From Thermodesulfobacteriota bacterium (GTDB lineage Bacteria; Desulfobacterota; Desulfobacteria; Desulfobacterales; SURF-7), in NCBI GenBank assembly GCA_049320885.1, contig JBMORA010000001.1, positions 417,307-481,306 of the forward strand: DNA of 64,000 nt, given 5' to 3'. The position numbers and the translations under genes were made by a program. Shown in pieces: positions 11,101 through 20,415 of the stretch (position 1 is the first letter of the stretch; every line of letters begins with the position of its first letter). The notes under the pieces were generated by a model. That model was not told the origin of the DNA, did no database searches, and saw only the letters and a program-made list of their open reading frames with translations.

Positions 11101-11350
11101 GACCGCTCTGTTCATCGCCCTGCCAGGTGTCCACCGCATGGCAACGCGTCGAAAGACCGTTCTCCAGCACCGACTGGCAGAAGGAAAAATAGGAATTGCC
11201 GGTATGGGTGCCCAGTTCGACCAGCAGGCGGGGTTCCGTCTGTTCCACCAGCCAGGCGCCGAAGGGAATATGCCCGACCCAGGAATGGGGCGGCATCACC
11301 CGGTGGGGCCGCATCAATGCGGACTTGGTGATCATCAGGGAAGCATTCAT
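8108..11350 (-). CDS. Multidomain protein: O-methyltransferase, coiled coil, GT2-like and GT4 domains (probable glycan polymerase/terminator)
   Basis: VELGTHTG...HIDGLHTY...HD methyltransferase; about 110-aa heptad-rich region ending ASTSWRITAPMR; ISIIVP GT2-like fold; PDQDSGS, GGFQHRPNVDA and RYGAGLKGK GT4 domain. Confidence 0.85.
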   Translation of the reverse strand: MNASLMITKSALMRPHRVMPPHSWVGHIPFGAWLVEQTEPRLLVELGTHTGNSYFSFCQSVLENGLSTRCHAVDTWQGDEQSGLYGEEVYQSVREHNQRYYSGFSNLLRMTFDEAVAYFSDGSIDFLHIDGLHTYDAVKHDFDTWRPKLSEKAVVVLHDTDVRERDFGVWRLWEELVAVHPHLGFHHSHGLGVLLVGAEQPESLRRLTEEWSRRAEGHLLRRFFGAVGRGIEFEWRTADLESKAGALGRSLLERDGRIADLIQEAAEKDRRLAELGKKIEALDGIIADRAERIDILIRAVDDRERRMNRLSADRDRQVEAFQEETAELQRQIRALQGTAADLQASTSWRITAPMRWTMGFLRALAGPCLWRPLRLLYHGLPLSYETRYRMRSFVFRHSGGLFRHSPSYQAWMAHERACPDAEQTSVSLHAPHLSPEEVLAFPEPAVPEISIIVPLHDHPESSLRNLKSLLDTLPDEECEVILVTDRLDEEDRERIFSRIAGARMVPAEGSGMSVWLAGAKAAKGARLVFLRGDVHASPGWLRELAWVFRHTVDAGLAGATVVRADGCIWAAGGQADEEGGLLRMGSGEDPAHPAFHYLREVDFCPAFAIMIPRDLFFGGAAEMPSDCSPEEEGMYLAMAVRAAGRKAYHQPLSRVVLNPHSVVCRGIGDTEGMTEKKRSSGFRLGRDFAGAFVKAALPRGNLLIIDEWTPTPDQDSGSQDLVSYFLILRSLGFSITFIPAADLRCVEPYTRDLQRIGVQCLHAPFVRDIGAYLEAHGQRFELVMIYRPHCAAAHVHLVRRFCPRAKIVYNTVDLHYLREERQAAVENSAALAEQAARTKELELSVIRRVDATILLSPVEKELLLREAGVTPESLFVIPLIRGDFPGADAGFEERRGVVFIGGFQHRPNVDAVIWFGTEIWPLIRKKLPQVECFVIGKNAPQAVLDLSGGGISILGHVPDIAPRFSACRIAVAPIRYGAGLKGKVVTSLGYGVPCVATTMAVEGTGLRDGEEILIADDPAAFARAVVNLHEQQELWNHLSVNGRAYIQRRYSLEAGKDAIRRMLADLGLMGFPDGAAARNE

Positions 11351-11362
11351 CTGGTTTCCTGT

Positions 11363-13735
11363 TCATTCTTTCCGGTAAAACCCGTTCAGCAGCAAGGCAA
11401 TCGATCCATCGGTCCCGCCGGCGATTTCATATTTCCGGCTCAAATCCGCGGAAACGAAAGCGATATAGGGTTGCCGCACTTTCAGACCGCCGACCTTTTC
11501 CAACCCGAGCCCCGCGAACAAACCGGAAAATTCAGCCGGTTCACACTGCATGGAATCGTGCACCACAATGGCGAAGGCGTGATAATCCTCCCGGGATCGC
11601 TCCACGACGGCCCGGAAGGGTTCGGCCGTCACAGGTTGATTCTGATCGGAGCAGGCGTCCACATTCGAAAGGATCGCCACCGTGGACGGGCCGGCGATGC
11701 CCACCAGCGAGACTCCCCGGGCAAGGACTTGTCGGGTATTTCCCGCCCGCAGATAGGAGTCGCCCTTATCGTAATGGCCCTGGGAGCGGATCCGGATCCT
11801 GCCGAGGGCATCCTTTCCCGGCAAAAAAACCAGCCGTTTGTGCTGATAGATTTTCAGGCGTCGGATGAGATGTTTCCGTCTTTCGTCTGCCAGGGCCGAT
11901 GAAACCGCATGGCTCAACACTTCCGCCAGCTGTTCCCGCCCGATATACAGCTCGTCTTCAACGCCCGCGACCAGGGCGTTCGGATCGCCCGGTTTCCCCA
12001 GGAAAACACAATACGTCGTTTTTCCGCAACCAGGTTGAAACGCGTCGACCTCCTCCCCGGCATCCACCCATAGGACGGGCTCTTCCGGACTCCGTTCCAG
12101 AACACGGTGCGCCAGTTTCCGTTCACCGGAAAAGTCGAAGAGGACTTCCTTTATCCCCCCCTCCTCCGTCAGGATCAGCAGCACCGGCAGTTTCAACACC
12201 CGGTCCTCCAGGCGCAGATGTCCCCGCAGGGCATCGACCAGGCAGCCGGAGCTGATTTCCGGGTATTCCCAGAACGTTTCGATCTCCTCGGCCCATCCTT
12301 TCAGGGTCTCATCCGGGTCCAGCGCCTTTTCCACCAATGTCGGTTCGTTTCCCAGCAGATTGCGGCCGAGACCCAGAGCCGGCGTATCATACCCGAGCAG
12401 GCTCAGGATCGTGGGCGCGATATCCAGCAGCGATCCGGGCTTGGCGATCGACACCGGTTGAGGACGGTCGGGATCGATGACGATGAACAGGTTTTTCCTG
12501 TCTCCTTGAGACAATTTATCCATGGCGCTGTTGTTCATGGCCAGGTGATCCGACCCGATGACGATCAGGGTGTCTTGCGCATACGGGGAGGCGAGGATCC
12601 GGTCCACCAGCTCGGTGATCAAAAAATCGGAGCAGCGCACGGCGTTGAGCATGGGGTTGCTTCCATCCCCATAGTCCAAGCCCCCGCACCGCCCGGATGG
12701 ATGCCCGACAGGATGGTGGGTGTCGACGCTCAGGGTGACAAGTCCGAATTTCTCGCCGGACTCCGACAATTCCTCGAAACGCCGATAGACCCTTTCAAAC
12801 AGGGAGTCGTCGAAGAGCCCCCAGTCGTTCACATAAGCCTCGTCCTCCAGGGTCGGAATCAATTCCCTGCTGCCGAAGGTCGCGTCGAAACCATGGGTGG
12901 CGTAAAATTTGCCTTTGCCGGCGAATTCCAAATCCGCGCCGGCCATGTAGGTCAGAAAATAACCGTGTTCCTTCAGGAGATCCCCGAGGCAGACCGCGCC
13001 GGAAAGGAACCGGTCCATGCCCGCCATGGAATTGCCGTCCGAGGGCGTGACCAGCGGGATTCCGCATTGGCCGGCAACCATGCCGGCGATGGTCCACCCC
13101 CCCCCGAAAACCGGATCCAGATGCGTGAAAGACAAGCCCCGCTGTTCCAGACGCCGGAGACCGACGATGAGTCCCGGGAAAAGCGTTTCGTCAAAATAGG
13201 TGCGCTCCAGCGACTCTGCGTAAATATACACCAGGTTTTTGGTCCGGGACGGTTCCGCCCCGCTCCCCGGCTTTGCGTACATTGCGGAAAAAGGGACGTC
13301 GCTGGCCCTCACCGCAAGAGTCGAGATCAACTCGCTGCGGACGACGGGATGCGACACAAGGGCCAGCAGGAGAAATGCATACCCCAGCCGCCCGGCCGGG
13401 GTCCGCCGAACCTCCCGGGCCGGTGGAATTACCCGGAACACGACGCAGCATGCCGCCAGCGCCAGCAGAATCGAGGCCGACGCCACCACCAATGCGCCGC
13501 GGTATTCCCCGAAACCGGCGCCTGCCAATCCATAGCGGAGATGGTACCAAACGGATTCATCGATGCCGTTTCCGGTGAAATAATCGGAAACGATATACAA
13601 ACCGGAGGACAGCACCAACAAAAATCCGCTGAAGCCGAAAAAGAGCCGCAGGATGCCCGTCCCTCCGCCCCTCCGGATCCAGAAGATGGCGGCGCCATAG
13701 AAAACAAGGGCCAGACAGATCAACAAAAAGTCCAT
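11363..13735 (-). CDS. mdoB: Phosphoglycerol transferase I / LTA-synthase family protein with C-terminal extension
   Basis: N-terminal TM helices, YFTGNGIDESV, YAESLERTYFD, GWTIAG (catalytic Thr), DTHHP, SDHLAM. Confidence 0.82.
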   Translation of the reverse strand: MDFLLICLALVFYGAAIFWIRRGGGTGILRLFFGFSGFLLVLSSGLYIVSDYFTGNGIDESVWYHLRYGLAGAGFGEYRGALVVASASILLALAACCVVFRVIPPAREVRRTPAGRLGYAFLLLALVSHPVVRSELISTLAVRASDVPFSAMYAKPGSGAEPSRTKNLVYIYAESLERTYFDETLFPGLIVGLRRLEQRGLSFTHLDPVFGGGWTIAGMVAGQCGIPLVTPSDGNSMAGMDRFLSGAVCLGDLLKEHGYFLTYMAGADLEFAGKGKFYATHGFDATFGSRELIPTLEDEAYVNDWGLFDDSLFERVYRRFEELSESGEKFGLVTLSVDTHHPVGHPSGRCGGLDYGDGSNPMLNAVRCSDFLITELVDRILASPYAQDTLIVIGSDHLAMNNSAMDKLSQGDRKNLFIVIDPDRPQPVSIAKPGSLLDIAPTILSLLGYDTPALGLGRNLLGNEPTLVEKALDPDETLKGWAEEIETFWEYPEISSGCLVDALRGHLRLEDRVLKLPVLLILTEEGGIKEVLFDFSGERKLAHRVLERSPEEPVLWVDAGEEVDAFQPGCGKTTYCVFLGKPGDPNALVAGVEDELYIGREQLAEVLSHAVSSALADERRKHLIRRLKIYQHKRLVFLPGKDALGRIRIRSQGHYDKGDSYLRAGNTRQVLARGVSLVGIAGPSTVAILSNVDACSDQNQPVTAEPFRAVVERSREDYHAFAIVVHDSMQCEPAEFSGLFAGLGLEKVGGLKVRQPYIAFVSADLSRKYEIAGGTDGSIALLLNGFYRKE

Positions 13736-13751
13736 GATTCGTGTATTCCCC

Positions 13752-14738
13752 TCACTTCAACCGCGGCCGGAGGCCCTTGTCAAAACTCCGCCAGACGGCA
13801 TGGGCGGAAGCCGTCCGCCGTGTCTGGACGACCTGGCGCTTGCGCCACATGGCCGGAAGTCCCCGGATCGCATCCCGTTTGGCGTGCAGGATGACCCGAC
13901 CCTGTCCGCGCAGAATGAAACGCGCAACGGCGGCGGCATTCATCAGCAAAAAGGCCGGCAGCAGCAGCCAGAACAGCAGGCCCGGCATATTCTTCACATA
14001 ACACCAGACCAGATTGCGATGGCCGTGGTAGACCGCGAAATCGCTTTTCTGGCCGCCGGTGGTCACCGAGCCCACATGACCGGCCACGGCGGCCGGAATC
14101 AGCCGGCATTCCCGGCCCATCAACCGCAGGCGGAACGCCAGATCCACATCTTCGAAATAGCAAAAAAAATCCTCGTCGAAAGCCCCGGCTTCCACGAGCA
14201 CATCCCGCCGATAGAGGGCGGCGGCGGCGCAGGGTCCGAACACGTCCATTTCCGTCAAAGGGAAGGTATTCCTTCTGGCGCCGTGCCCCCGGCGCCAGGC
14301 GATTCCGCTGAAATGGAAAGCATCGCCGGCTCCGTCCAGCCGGTCCGGGTCCAGGGCTTTGACCAGGCAGCCGGCGAAAACCGGAATCGTGGGATAACGG
14401 CGGGCGGCGTCCAGAAGCCTGCCGAGCCAATCCGGCTTTAAAAAAGCGTCCGGATTCACCAGGGCGATCCAGTCACAATCCGAAAGATGCGGCAAGGCGA
14501 TATTGTTGGCCTTTGCGAAGCCCACATTCCGGGGCAGAGCGATCCGTTGGAAATGACGCGGCCATACACCCTCCCATGCTCCGGCGGCAGCGTCATCGCC
14601 GTTGTCGACCACCACAACCCGGGTGAAGGCGGCTTCCTGCTCGGCCATGGCTTTCAGGCATCGGCCCAGGTATTCTCCGGAATTCCAGTTGACCACCACC
14701 GCGCCAACGGAAAAACCCGCGGGAGGTTTGCCGTCCAT
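13752..14738 (-). CDS. Glycosyltransferase family 2, WbbL-like (putative rhamnosyltransferase)
   Basis: VVVNWNS, NVGFAKANN, VNPD, FDEDFFCYFEDVDL. TAATG coupling with the upstream gene. Confidence 0.88.
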   Translation of the reverse strand: MDGKPPAGFSVGAVVVNWNSGEYLGRCLKAMAEQEAAFTRVVVVDNGDDAAAGAWEGVWPRHFQRIALPRNVGFAKANNIALPHLSDCDWIALVNPDAFLKPDWLGRLLDAARRYPTIPVFAGCLVKALDPDRLDGAGDAFHFSGIAWRRGHGARRNTFPLTEMDVFGPCAAAALYRRDVLVEAGAFDEDFFCYFEDVDLAFRLRLMGRECRLIPAAVAGHVGSVTTGGQKSDFAVYHGHRNLVWCYVKNMPGLLFWLLLPAFLLMNAAAVARFILRGQGRVILHAKRDAIRGLPAMWRKRQVVQTRRTASAHAVWRSFDKGLRPRLK

Positions 14739-15691
14739 TATACGCACCCGCCTTCATCACCCGCGGTCTTTTCCATCCGCAGCCAGTTCCGCATGCGCTC
14801 CAGCCCTTCCGGAAACGTCGTCCGCGGCTTCCAGCCCAGCTCCATGCCGGCACGTTCCACGGCCAGAACGCTGGACGGTACATCAAACGGTCTGGCTTCC
14901 TTGAACACCCGCTCCGCCGCGATACTCGTCACCTGTTCCACAGCCTCCAGCACATCCAGAAGGCGCATGCCGGTGCCGGAGCCGATATTGAATATCCGTT
15001 CGGCGCCGCCGTATTCCAACGCCAGAATCATCGCCTCGACCACGTCGCCGATATACACATAGTCCCGGACAACGGAACCGTCACCCCAAATCTCCACTGG
15101 TTCCCCCCGCAGGATTTTTCCCATGAAAACCGCCACGGCGCCCTGCCGGGCCAGTGTGCGCTGTCTCTCGCCGAAGGGATTGGAGAGGCGCAGCACGATA
15201 TACGGCATGCCGTGAAGCCGCTGATACAAGGCGAGGTATTTCTCTATGGCCAATTTGGTGATTCCGTACGAGCAAATCGGATTGGTGGGATGCGCCTCAT
15301 CCAGCGGCAGATACTGCGGGATACCGTATACCGTGCCCCCGGAAGAAATGAAAATAATCTTTTTGATGCCCGTCTGGACGGCCAGGCTCAACATCCTGAC
15401 GGTCCCCGTCAGGTTCGTTTCCACATCAAACGCCGGATCGGCATTGGAGGATTTCGGTATGGTCGTCGAGACCAGATGATAACAAACGTCACATCCCGCC
15501 AAAGCTTCACCCATGTCGGACACACTGGTGAAATCGCCCTCCATATATTCGACACCTTCCGTCCGGGGCTCCGGTTCGAGGGACTCCAGATGGGGCCGGT
15601 CGAATATCCGGACGTCGAATCCTTTTTTCAGCAACCCATCCACCAGATGCGAACCGATAAATCCTTTCCCGCCCAAGACCAGGCACTTCAT
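14738..15691 (-). CDS. NAD-dependent epimerase/dehydratase
   Basis: GGKGFIG, SSGGTVYG, YGITK, WGDGSVVRDY. Confidence 0.9.
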   Translation of the reverse strand: MKCLVLGGKGFIGSHLVDGLLKKGFDVRIFDRPHLESLEPEPRTEGVEYMEGDFTSVSDMGEALAGCDVCYHLVSTTIPKSSNADPAFDVETNLTGTVRMLSLAVQTGIKKIIFISSGGTVYGIPQYLPLDEAHPTNPICSYGITKLAIEKYLALYQRLHGMPYIVLRLSNPFGERQRTLARQGAVAVFMGKILRGEPVEIWGDGSVVRDYVYIGDVVEAMILALEYGGAERIFNIGSGTGMRLLDVLEAVEQVTSIAAERVFKEARPFDVPSSVLAVERAGMELGWKPRTTFPEGLERMRNWLRMEKTAGDEGGCV

Positions 15692-15736
15692 TCGCTTGTC
15701 CCTTTCACTCCGTATCGCGCTTAGCTCCCGCGGGTT

Positions 15737-16345
15737 CTATCCCATGGCCAGCCGCATCATCCGGTGACGGAGCGCCGCCTTCAGCCGGCTGTTGAAGTTC
15801 GGCCAGAAACCGTCATCCGGCTTGCGGCAGACCAGCAGGGAATCATGCCACTGATCGCTGCCGTCATCATATCCCTCGTCCTGCCACTGGGTGGATGTCT
15901 CCAGCGTCTCCAGCCGGGCGAAATCCGCCATGGCCCGCATCCCGTCCGGATAAAAGCGCCAGCAATCGTCCGGATAGCGATGCTCCGGACCGCCGGAGGG
16001 CGCCAGAACGCAGCAGAGGCCGCCGGGCTTCAGCACCCTCGCGATTTCGAGGATCGTCAGCCAGAAATAGCGGATATGCTCGAACGCTTGGCCGGAAACC
16101 ACCACATCCGCGGAATTGCCGCGGATCTCGCGGAAAGCATACGGATTCCGCAGAACAATGTCCACGTTTTTCCCGGGCGCCATATCGATTCCCGCGTAAC
16201 GCCAGCAGGAGCCGCTGAATATCGGCCGATAGCTGCCGTTGATGTCCTGGCTTCCCAGGTCATAAATCACCAGGGGAGCGCTTTTCCGGTCCGCCAGATA
16301 CCGGTCCCGGAACCGGATCATTTTGTCATAGGAACTCTGATGCAT
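15737..16345 (-). CDS. Class I SAM-dependent methyltransferase
   Basis: DLGSQDINGSY, SGQAFEH, HRYPDDCWRFYPDG. Confidence 0.85.
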   Translation of the reverse strand: MHQSSYDKMIRFRDRYLADRKSAPLVIYDLGSQDINGSYRPIFSGSCWRYAGIDMAPGKNVDIVLRNPYAFREIRGNSADVVVSGQAFEHIRYFWLTILEIARVLKPGGLCCVLAPSGGPEHRYPDDCWRFYPDGMRAMADFARLETLETSTQWQDEGYDDGSDQWHDSLLVCRKPDDGFWPNFNSRLKAALRHRMMRLAMG

Positions 16346-16358
16346 CCGTTTTGCTCTT

Positions 16359-17126
16359 TCAGCTTCTGCGCAGCAACCACCCGTCCGGACAATAGGTCAG
16401 GTTGCGAATGACGTATTCCTCGCCGTAAAGCGCCGCCGGCCTTTGAATGATGAAATTCGGGTTCAGGGCCGCAAACTCCCGGGCGGCGGCGGCCGGGTTG
16501 TCCTCGCGCCAGTGGGCGGCCCCTTCCGGCGTATCGGACAGAATCCGCATCACGCCGTCGGCGGCGACGATATACGAGCCGACGGAGACCAGCCCGGCAT
16601 AGGCATTCAACTCCCGCAGCACATGGGCCCTGGAATGGTCGCTGTCCAGGAAAACAAAGGTCCGCTCGCCCGGCCGGATCAGATCGCGCACCTTTCGGAC
16701 GGTGTCCGGCGCCGCCGAATCCGCCTGGATCAAGGTGATGGCCTCCCCGTATGGGCTTTCAGCCACGGCTTTCCGGACGGATTCCGGAATATGGACATCA
16801 ATGGAAATCACCCGGCCCTTGCCCAGCAGACGGCACAAGGAGGCGAAAAAAATCGCGCTCCCCCCCTGGTTCACCCCGGTTTCCACAATGACATCCGGCT
16901 GAATCCGGAACAGGCTTTCCTGCAGCCGGATCATGTCGTCGGGCAATTGCCAGATCGGGAAGCCTAGCCAGGACAAGGAGCGCCAGTTGGCCGCATTCCA
17001 CTGCTGCTTGATCCACAATCCGGTCATCTTTTCCAGGCCTTCCCTGGAAAACAGGTCGAGCGTTTCAACAACGCCGTCTTCTTCCACGACCATCGAGTTG
17101 GCCGCTGTATCAATACGGATTTTCAT
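16359..17126 (-). CDS. CmcI-family (cephalosporin hydroxylase / rhamnosyl O-methyltransferase-like) protein
   Basis: SWLGFPIWQLPDD, PDVIVETG..QGGS, LDSDH...HVLREL, PDGWL. Start at ATG 17126 (ATGA overlap). Confidence 0.88.
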   Translation of the reverse strand: MKIRIDTAANSMVVEEDGVVETLDLFSREGLEKMTGLWIKQQWNAANWRSLSWLGFPIWQLPDDMIRLQESLFRIQPDVIVETGVNQGGSAIFFASLCRLLGKGRVISIDVHIPESVRKAVAESPYGEAITLIQADSAAPDTVRKVRDLIRPGERTFVFLDSDHSRAHVLRELNAYAGLVSVGSYIVAADGVMRILSDTPEGAAHWREDNPAAAAREFAALNPNFIIQRPAALYGEEYVIRNLTYCPDGWLLRRS

Positions 17127-18484
17127 ACCAGATGAATCCTGATGTCGTTCATGGGCACGCCCATCAGCCCGAAACAGACGGAACTGGAATGTACCCGGAA
17201 AGCCAGGGCCTCGTGCAGCCAGTGGTGCTGGACATGCTCCTGCTGGGTGCCCTCGGCCGCCGAGGCGGCCACCGTGTAGTCCCCCACCGGCATAACCGGC
17301 ATGCGAAAGGAGAAGCTGGCTTGAAATTTCAAGCCGGACGGCACGTGCAGCGGTGAATTCATATGGGCGAGATAGGTATTGTCGGCAAACAGGACCTGAC
17401 CGAGCCTGTCCTGCACCATGAATCCGACAATCGGGTGAAACAGGTCGCAGTTGGCCCGGCACTGAATGACCAGTGTCAGCATTTCCCCCCCCACCACCCA
17501 TGCCAGCTGACGTCCCTCCCCGTCCTGGAGCCGGACGTCCGTCACGACAGCGCCGCCCTTGCCGAACTGGGCCTTGTCCGGTTTAAAGGCGAACAATTCG
17601 ATGTCGTTCCGGTGGGGCGTCGCATTGATGAAGTCCTGCCGCATATCCCGGGGTGGTTCATCCGCTGGGGCAGCTTTGTTATCCCGCACCGCCGGAACAG
17701 CGGCGATGCTCTCTCCCTGGCGTGCCTCATAACACGCCGTCAGATATTTTGCCACGATATCTTTGGGTTCCCCCCGCCCCCGGACAACCCCCTTATCCAG
17801 CCAGAAAGCGGTCCGGCACAGGCCGGTCACGGCGCCGGTATCGTGGCTGACCAGGATGATGGTCCCCTGTTCCATGAAACGCCGCAGAAAACGCATGCAC
17901 TTCTGGACAAAAAACGCATCCCCGACCGCCAGGGCTTCATCGATGACCAGGATATCGGCGTCCACATGGGCCATCACGGCGAACGCCAGCCGGACATACA
18001 TGCCGCTGGAGTAGGTTTTGACCGGCCGTTCGATGAATTCACCGATATCGGCAAAAGCCGCGATATCGTCGAAACGCGCGTCGATCTCCGTTTTCGTGAG
18101 CCCCAGCACGGCCGCGTTCATGTAGACATTTTCCCGGCCGGTGAATTCCGGGTTGAACCCGGAGCCGAGTTCCAGCAGGGCCGCCACTCTGCCGCGAGTC
18201 TCCACCGTTCCGGAAGTGGGCGACAAGGTCCCGCAGATGATCTGCAGCAGGGTCGATTTGCCGGAGCCGTTGCGGCCGATGATGCCCGTCGTTTCGCCGC
18301 GCCGGATTTCGAAAGAGACGTCCCGGAGGGCCCAGAAATCACGATAATACCGGCTTTGCTTCCACCCCGCCATGCGCTGGAGACGGGGTACGACGAACTG
18401 CTTGAGCCGGTCCCGGGGAGTATCGTATATCTGATATCCCTTGCTGAGATTTTCGATGCGGATGGCGATCTGTTCAGATAACAT
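17123..18484 (-). CDS. wzt: Polysaccharide ABC exporter ATP-binding subunit with C-terminal Wzt_C carbohydrate-binding domain
   Basis: GRNGSGKST, YSSGMYVRLAF, IDEALAVGD, plus an extra C-terminal beta-sandwich domain. Confidence 0.93.
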   Translation of the reverse strand: MLSEQIAIRIENLSKGYQIYDTPRDRLKQFVVPRLQRMAGWKQSRYYRDFWALRDVSFEIRRGETTGIIGRNGSGKSTLLQIICGTLSPTSGTVETRGRVAALLELGSGFNPEFTGRENVYMNAAVLGLTKTEIDARFDDIAAFADIGEFIERPVKTYSSGMYVRLAFAVMAHVDADILVIDEALAVGDAFFVQKCMRFLRRFMEQGTIILVSHDTGAVTGLCRTAFWLDKGVVRGRGEPKDIVAKYLTACYEARQGESIAAVPAVRDNKAAPADEPPRDMRQDFINATPHRNDIELFAFKPDKAQFGKGGAVVTDVRLQDGEGRQLAWVVGGEMLTLVIQCRANCDLFHPIVGFMVQDRLGQVLFADNTYLAHMNSPLHVPSGLKFQASFSFRMPVMPVGDYTVAASAAEGTQQEHVQHHWLHEALAFRVHSSSVCFGLMGVPMNDIRIHLV

Positions 18485-19325
18485 CGGCAAACCCCTTGCG
18501 GGTTTTCTGAAACCAGGCGAAACCCAGCCAGGCAACCACCAGGGCCGCGGCGGAATAAACCAGAAGTCCTGGCCAATCCGGCAACCGTCCCCAGACCAGA
18601 ACATCGCGGGACTGTTCGATGATGAACGCCAGGGGATTGGCCATCATCCAGGGACGATAGGCTTCCGGCAAGGCGGTTATGGGGAAAAAAACCGGGGAGA
18701 CGAACAGCAGCACGGCGGTGACGATGCCGATGAACTGACCCACGTCACGGATATACACGCCGAGGGAGGCCAGGCCCCAGGAAACGCCGGCGGAAACCGC
18801 CACCAGGGGCAGCAGGATCAGGGGGAACAGGATGACGGTCCAGTGCAGAAAGCCATTGAACAGAAAAATGGCCATCAGCAGCACCGCCAGGCTGACCAGG
18901 CACTGGAAAAGCGCCGCGGCCACGGACACCACCGGCAGGATTTCCAGGGGGAAAACGACTTTCTTGACATAGTTCGCATTGGCCAGGATGACCCCCGGGG
19001 CCCGGTTGGCGGCTTCCGCCAGCAGGTTGTAAACAATCAGTCCGGCAAACAGCATCACGGCGAACTGGGTTCTGGTCTCCTGTTCACCCATTCCCCAGCG
19101 GGCCTTGAACACCACCGAAAAGACGAAAGTATACACCGCCAGCATGAGCAGGGGATTGGAGAAGGACCAGGCCAGGCCGAGAATCGAGCCCCGATACCGG
19201 CCGATGACCTCGCGCCGGGTCATCTGAAAAATCAGGTCGCGGCTGGTCCACAGGCAGGCCAGCATGGCCTGGATGGATGCGGGATGGGCTCTGTGAGGAT
19301 TCATGGATGTTGCCACCGCCTTCAA
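18474..19325 (-). CDS. wzm: Polysaccharide ABC exporter permease
   Basis: RYRGSILGLAW, YVKKVVFP, SPVFFP, KGFADVI. Start is 19325 (TTG) or 19304. Confidence 0.93.
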   Translation of the reverse strand: MKAVATSMNPHRAHPASIQAMLACLWTSRDLIFQMTRREVIGRYRGSILGLAWSFSNPLLMLAVYTFVFSVVFKARWGMGEQETRTQFAVMLFAGLIVYNLLAEAANRAPGVILANANYVKKVVFPLEILPVVSVAAALFQCLVSLAVLLMAIFLFNGFLHWTVILFPLILLPLVAVSAGVSWGLASLGVYIRDVGQFIGIVTAVLLFVSPVFFPITALPEAYRPWMMANPLAFIIEQSRDVLVWGRLPDWPGLLVYSAAALVVAWLGFAWFQKTRKGFADVI

Positions 19326-20287
19326 TCCCTTAAATTGATCGCCCCGCAGCCGGCGATGTCCATCTCCAGACCGAGCTCCCGGGCATGACGGCGGGCCAGG
19401 GTCAGGCAGGATTCCATTTCGCCGGTGAGCTGCGGCTGGAAGGCATCCACGTCGAACACCACATGATGCACACCCAGCCTGCCGGAGCGTTCCAGAAACG
19501 TGACGATATCACTTGGAATCGTGTTTTCCGGGAGCAGAATATACTTGGTTACCAGGGTTTTGCCGTGTTCCGCGTAACCGGCCAGGTTTTCCCAGACAGC
19601 TTCATATCGATCGCTTTGTTTCAGGTGGCGATAGGTCTCCCGGCTGCCGGCATCCACCGAGCAGATAATCGTCAGATTCGGCTGGCTGGCTTCGGCCATG
19701 GTCCGGTTGAAGATGGTTGCGTTGGTGGTCAGGGTCACCCAGGGGCCGTATTCCAGCAACATCAGCAGCAGGTCCTCGAAACCCGGCATGAGGGTCGGCT
19801 CCCCCCCGCCCCAGAAGATCTCCGCCTGGCGGGAAAGAAAACCGCTCTCCATGAATTGGCGGAAGACCGGCCCCAGGTCCAGGGGATGGTGCCCGAACTG
19901 AATGTCACGGTCATCATTCCACCAGGCCGCGGCAATGCGCTCCTTTTGCAGATAACAATAGGCGCAGCGCAGGTTGCAACGGGTGAAATGACTGAGATTG
20001 ATTTTCCGCAGGGTGAATTCGGGGCTGGTTTCATCGGCCGGACGAATTGTCAGCAAGGGGCATTCCCGGCATTGTTCCGCCTTGCCGGCCGCAAGGGCTT
20101 CCCGCAGCGCGCGCTTCGCCTGCTGGAAGCGCCCCACATCAAACGGACCGCCGTCATACGGGAACAGGAGCGGCCACCCGCAGGTTTCATGATGCACTAC
20201 GCAACAGGCGTGCGCCGACCGGGGGGCGAAGGCGAGCCCGCCCTCGATCCATTCACAGCTCAAGCGTTCATGCATATCGCCCCGCAT
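19322..20287 (-). CDS. Radical SAM protein with N-terminal Cys-rich domain
   Basis: CNLRCAYC, GGGEPT, TTNAT, SVDAG; N-terminal C...CC...CRECP. Start uncertain. Confidence 0.8.
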   Translation of the reverse strand: MRGDMHERLSCEWIEGGLAFAPRSAHACCVVHHETCGWPLLFPYDGGPFDVGRFQQAKRALREALAAGKAEQCRECPLLTIRPADETSPEFTLRKINLSHFTRCNLRCAYCYLQKERIAAAWWNDDRDIQFGHHPLDLGPVFRQFMESGFLSRQAEIFWGGGEPTLMPGFEDLLLMLLEYGPWVTLTTNATIFNRTMAEASQPNLTIICSVDAGSRETYRHLKQSDRYEAVWENLAGYAEHGKTLVTKYILLPENTIPSDIVTFLERSGRLGVHHVVFDVDAFQPQLTGEMESCLTLARRHARELGLEMDIAGCGAINLRD

Positions 20288-20415
20288 TTCCGTTCCCCAT
20301 TCCCGGTCCCTTCCTGTCTTTTCAAACCCTTTTGTTTCTATCCACGGCAATTCTTGAGTCCGGCTATTACCAAAAAATGAGGAAAATGCAAGCTTTTCAA
20401 GCACCCCGCCGGCCG

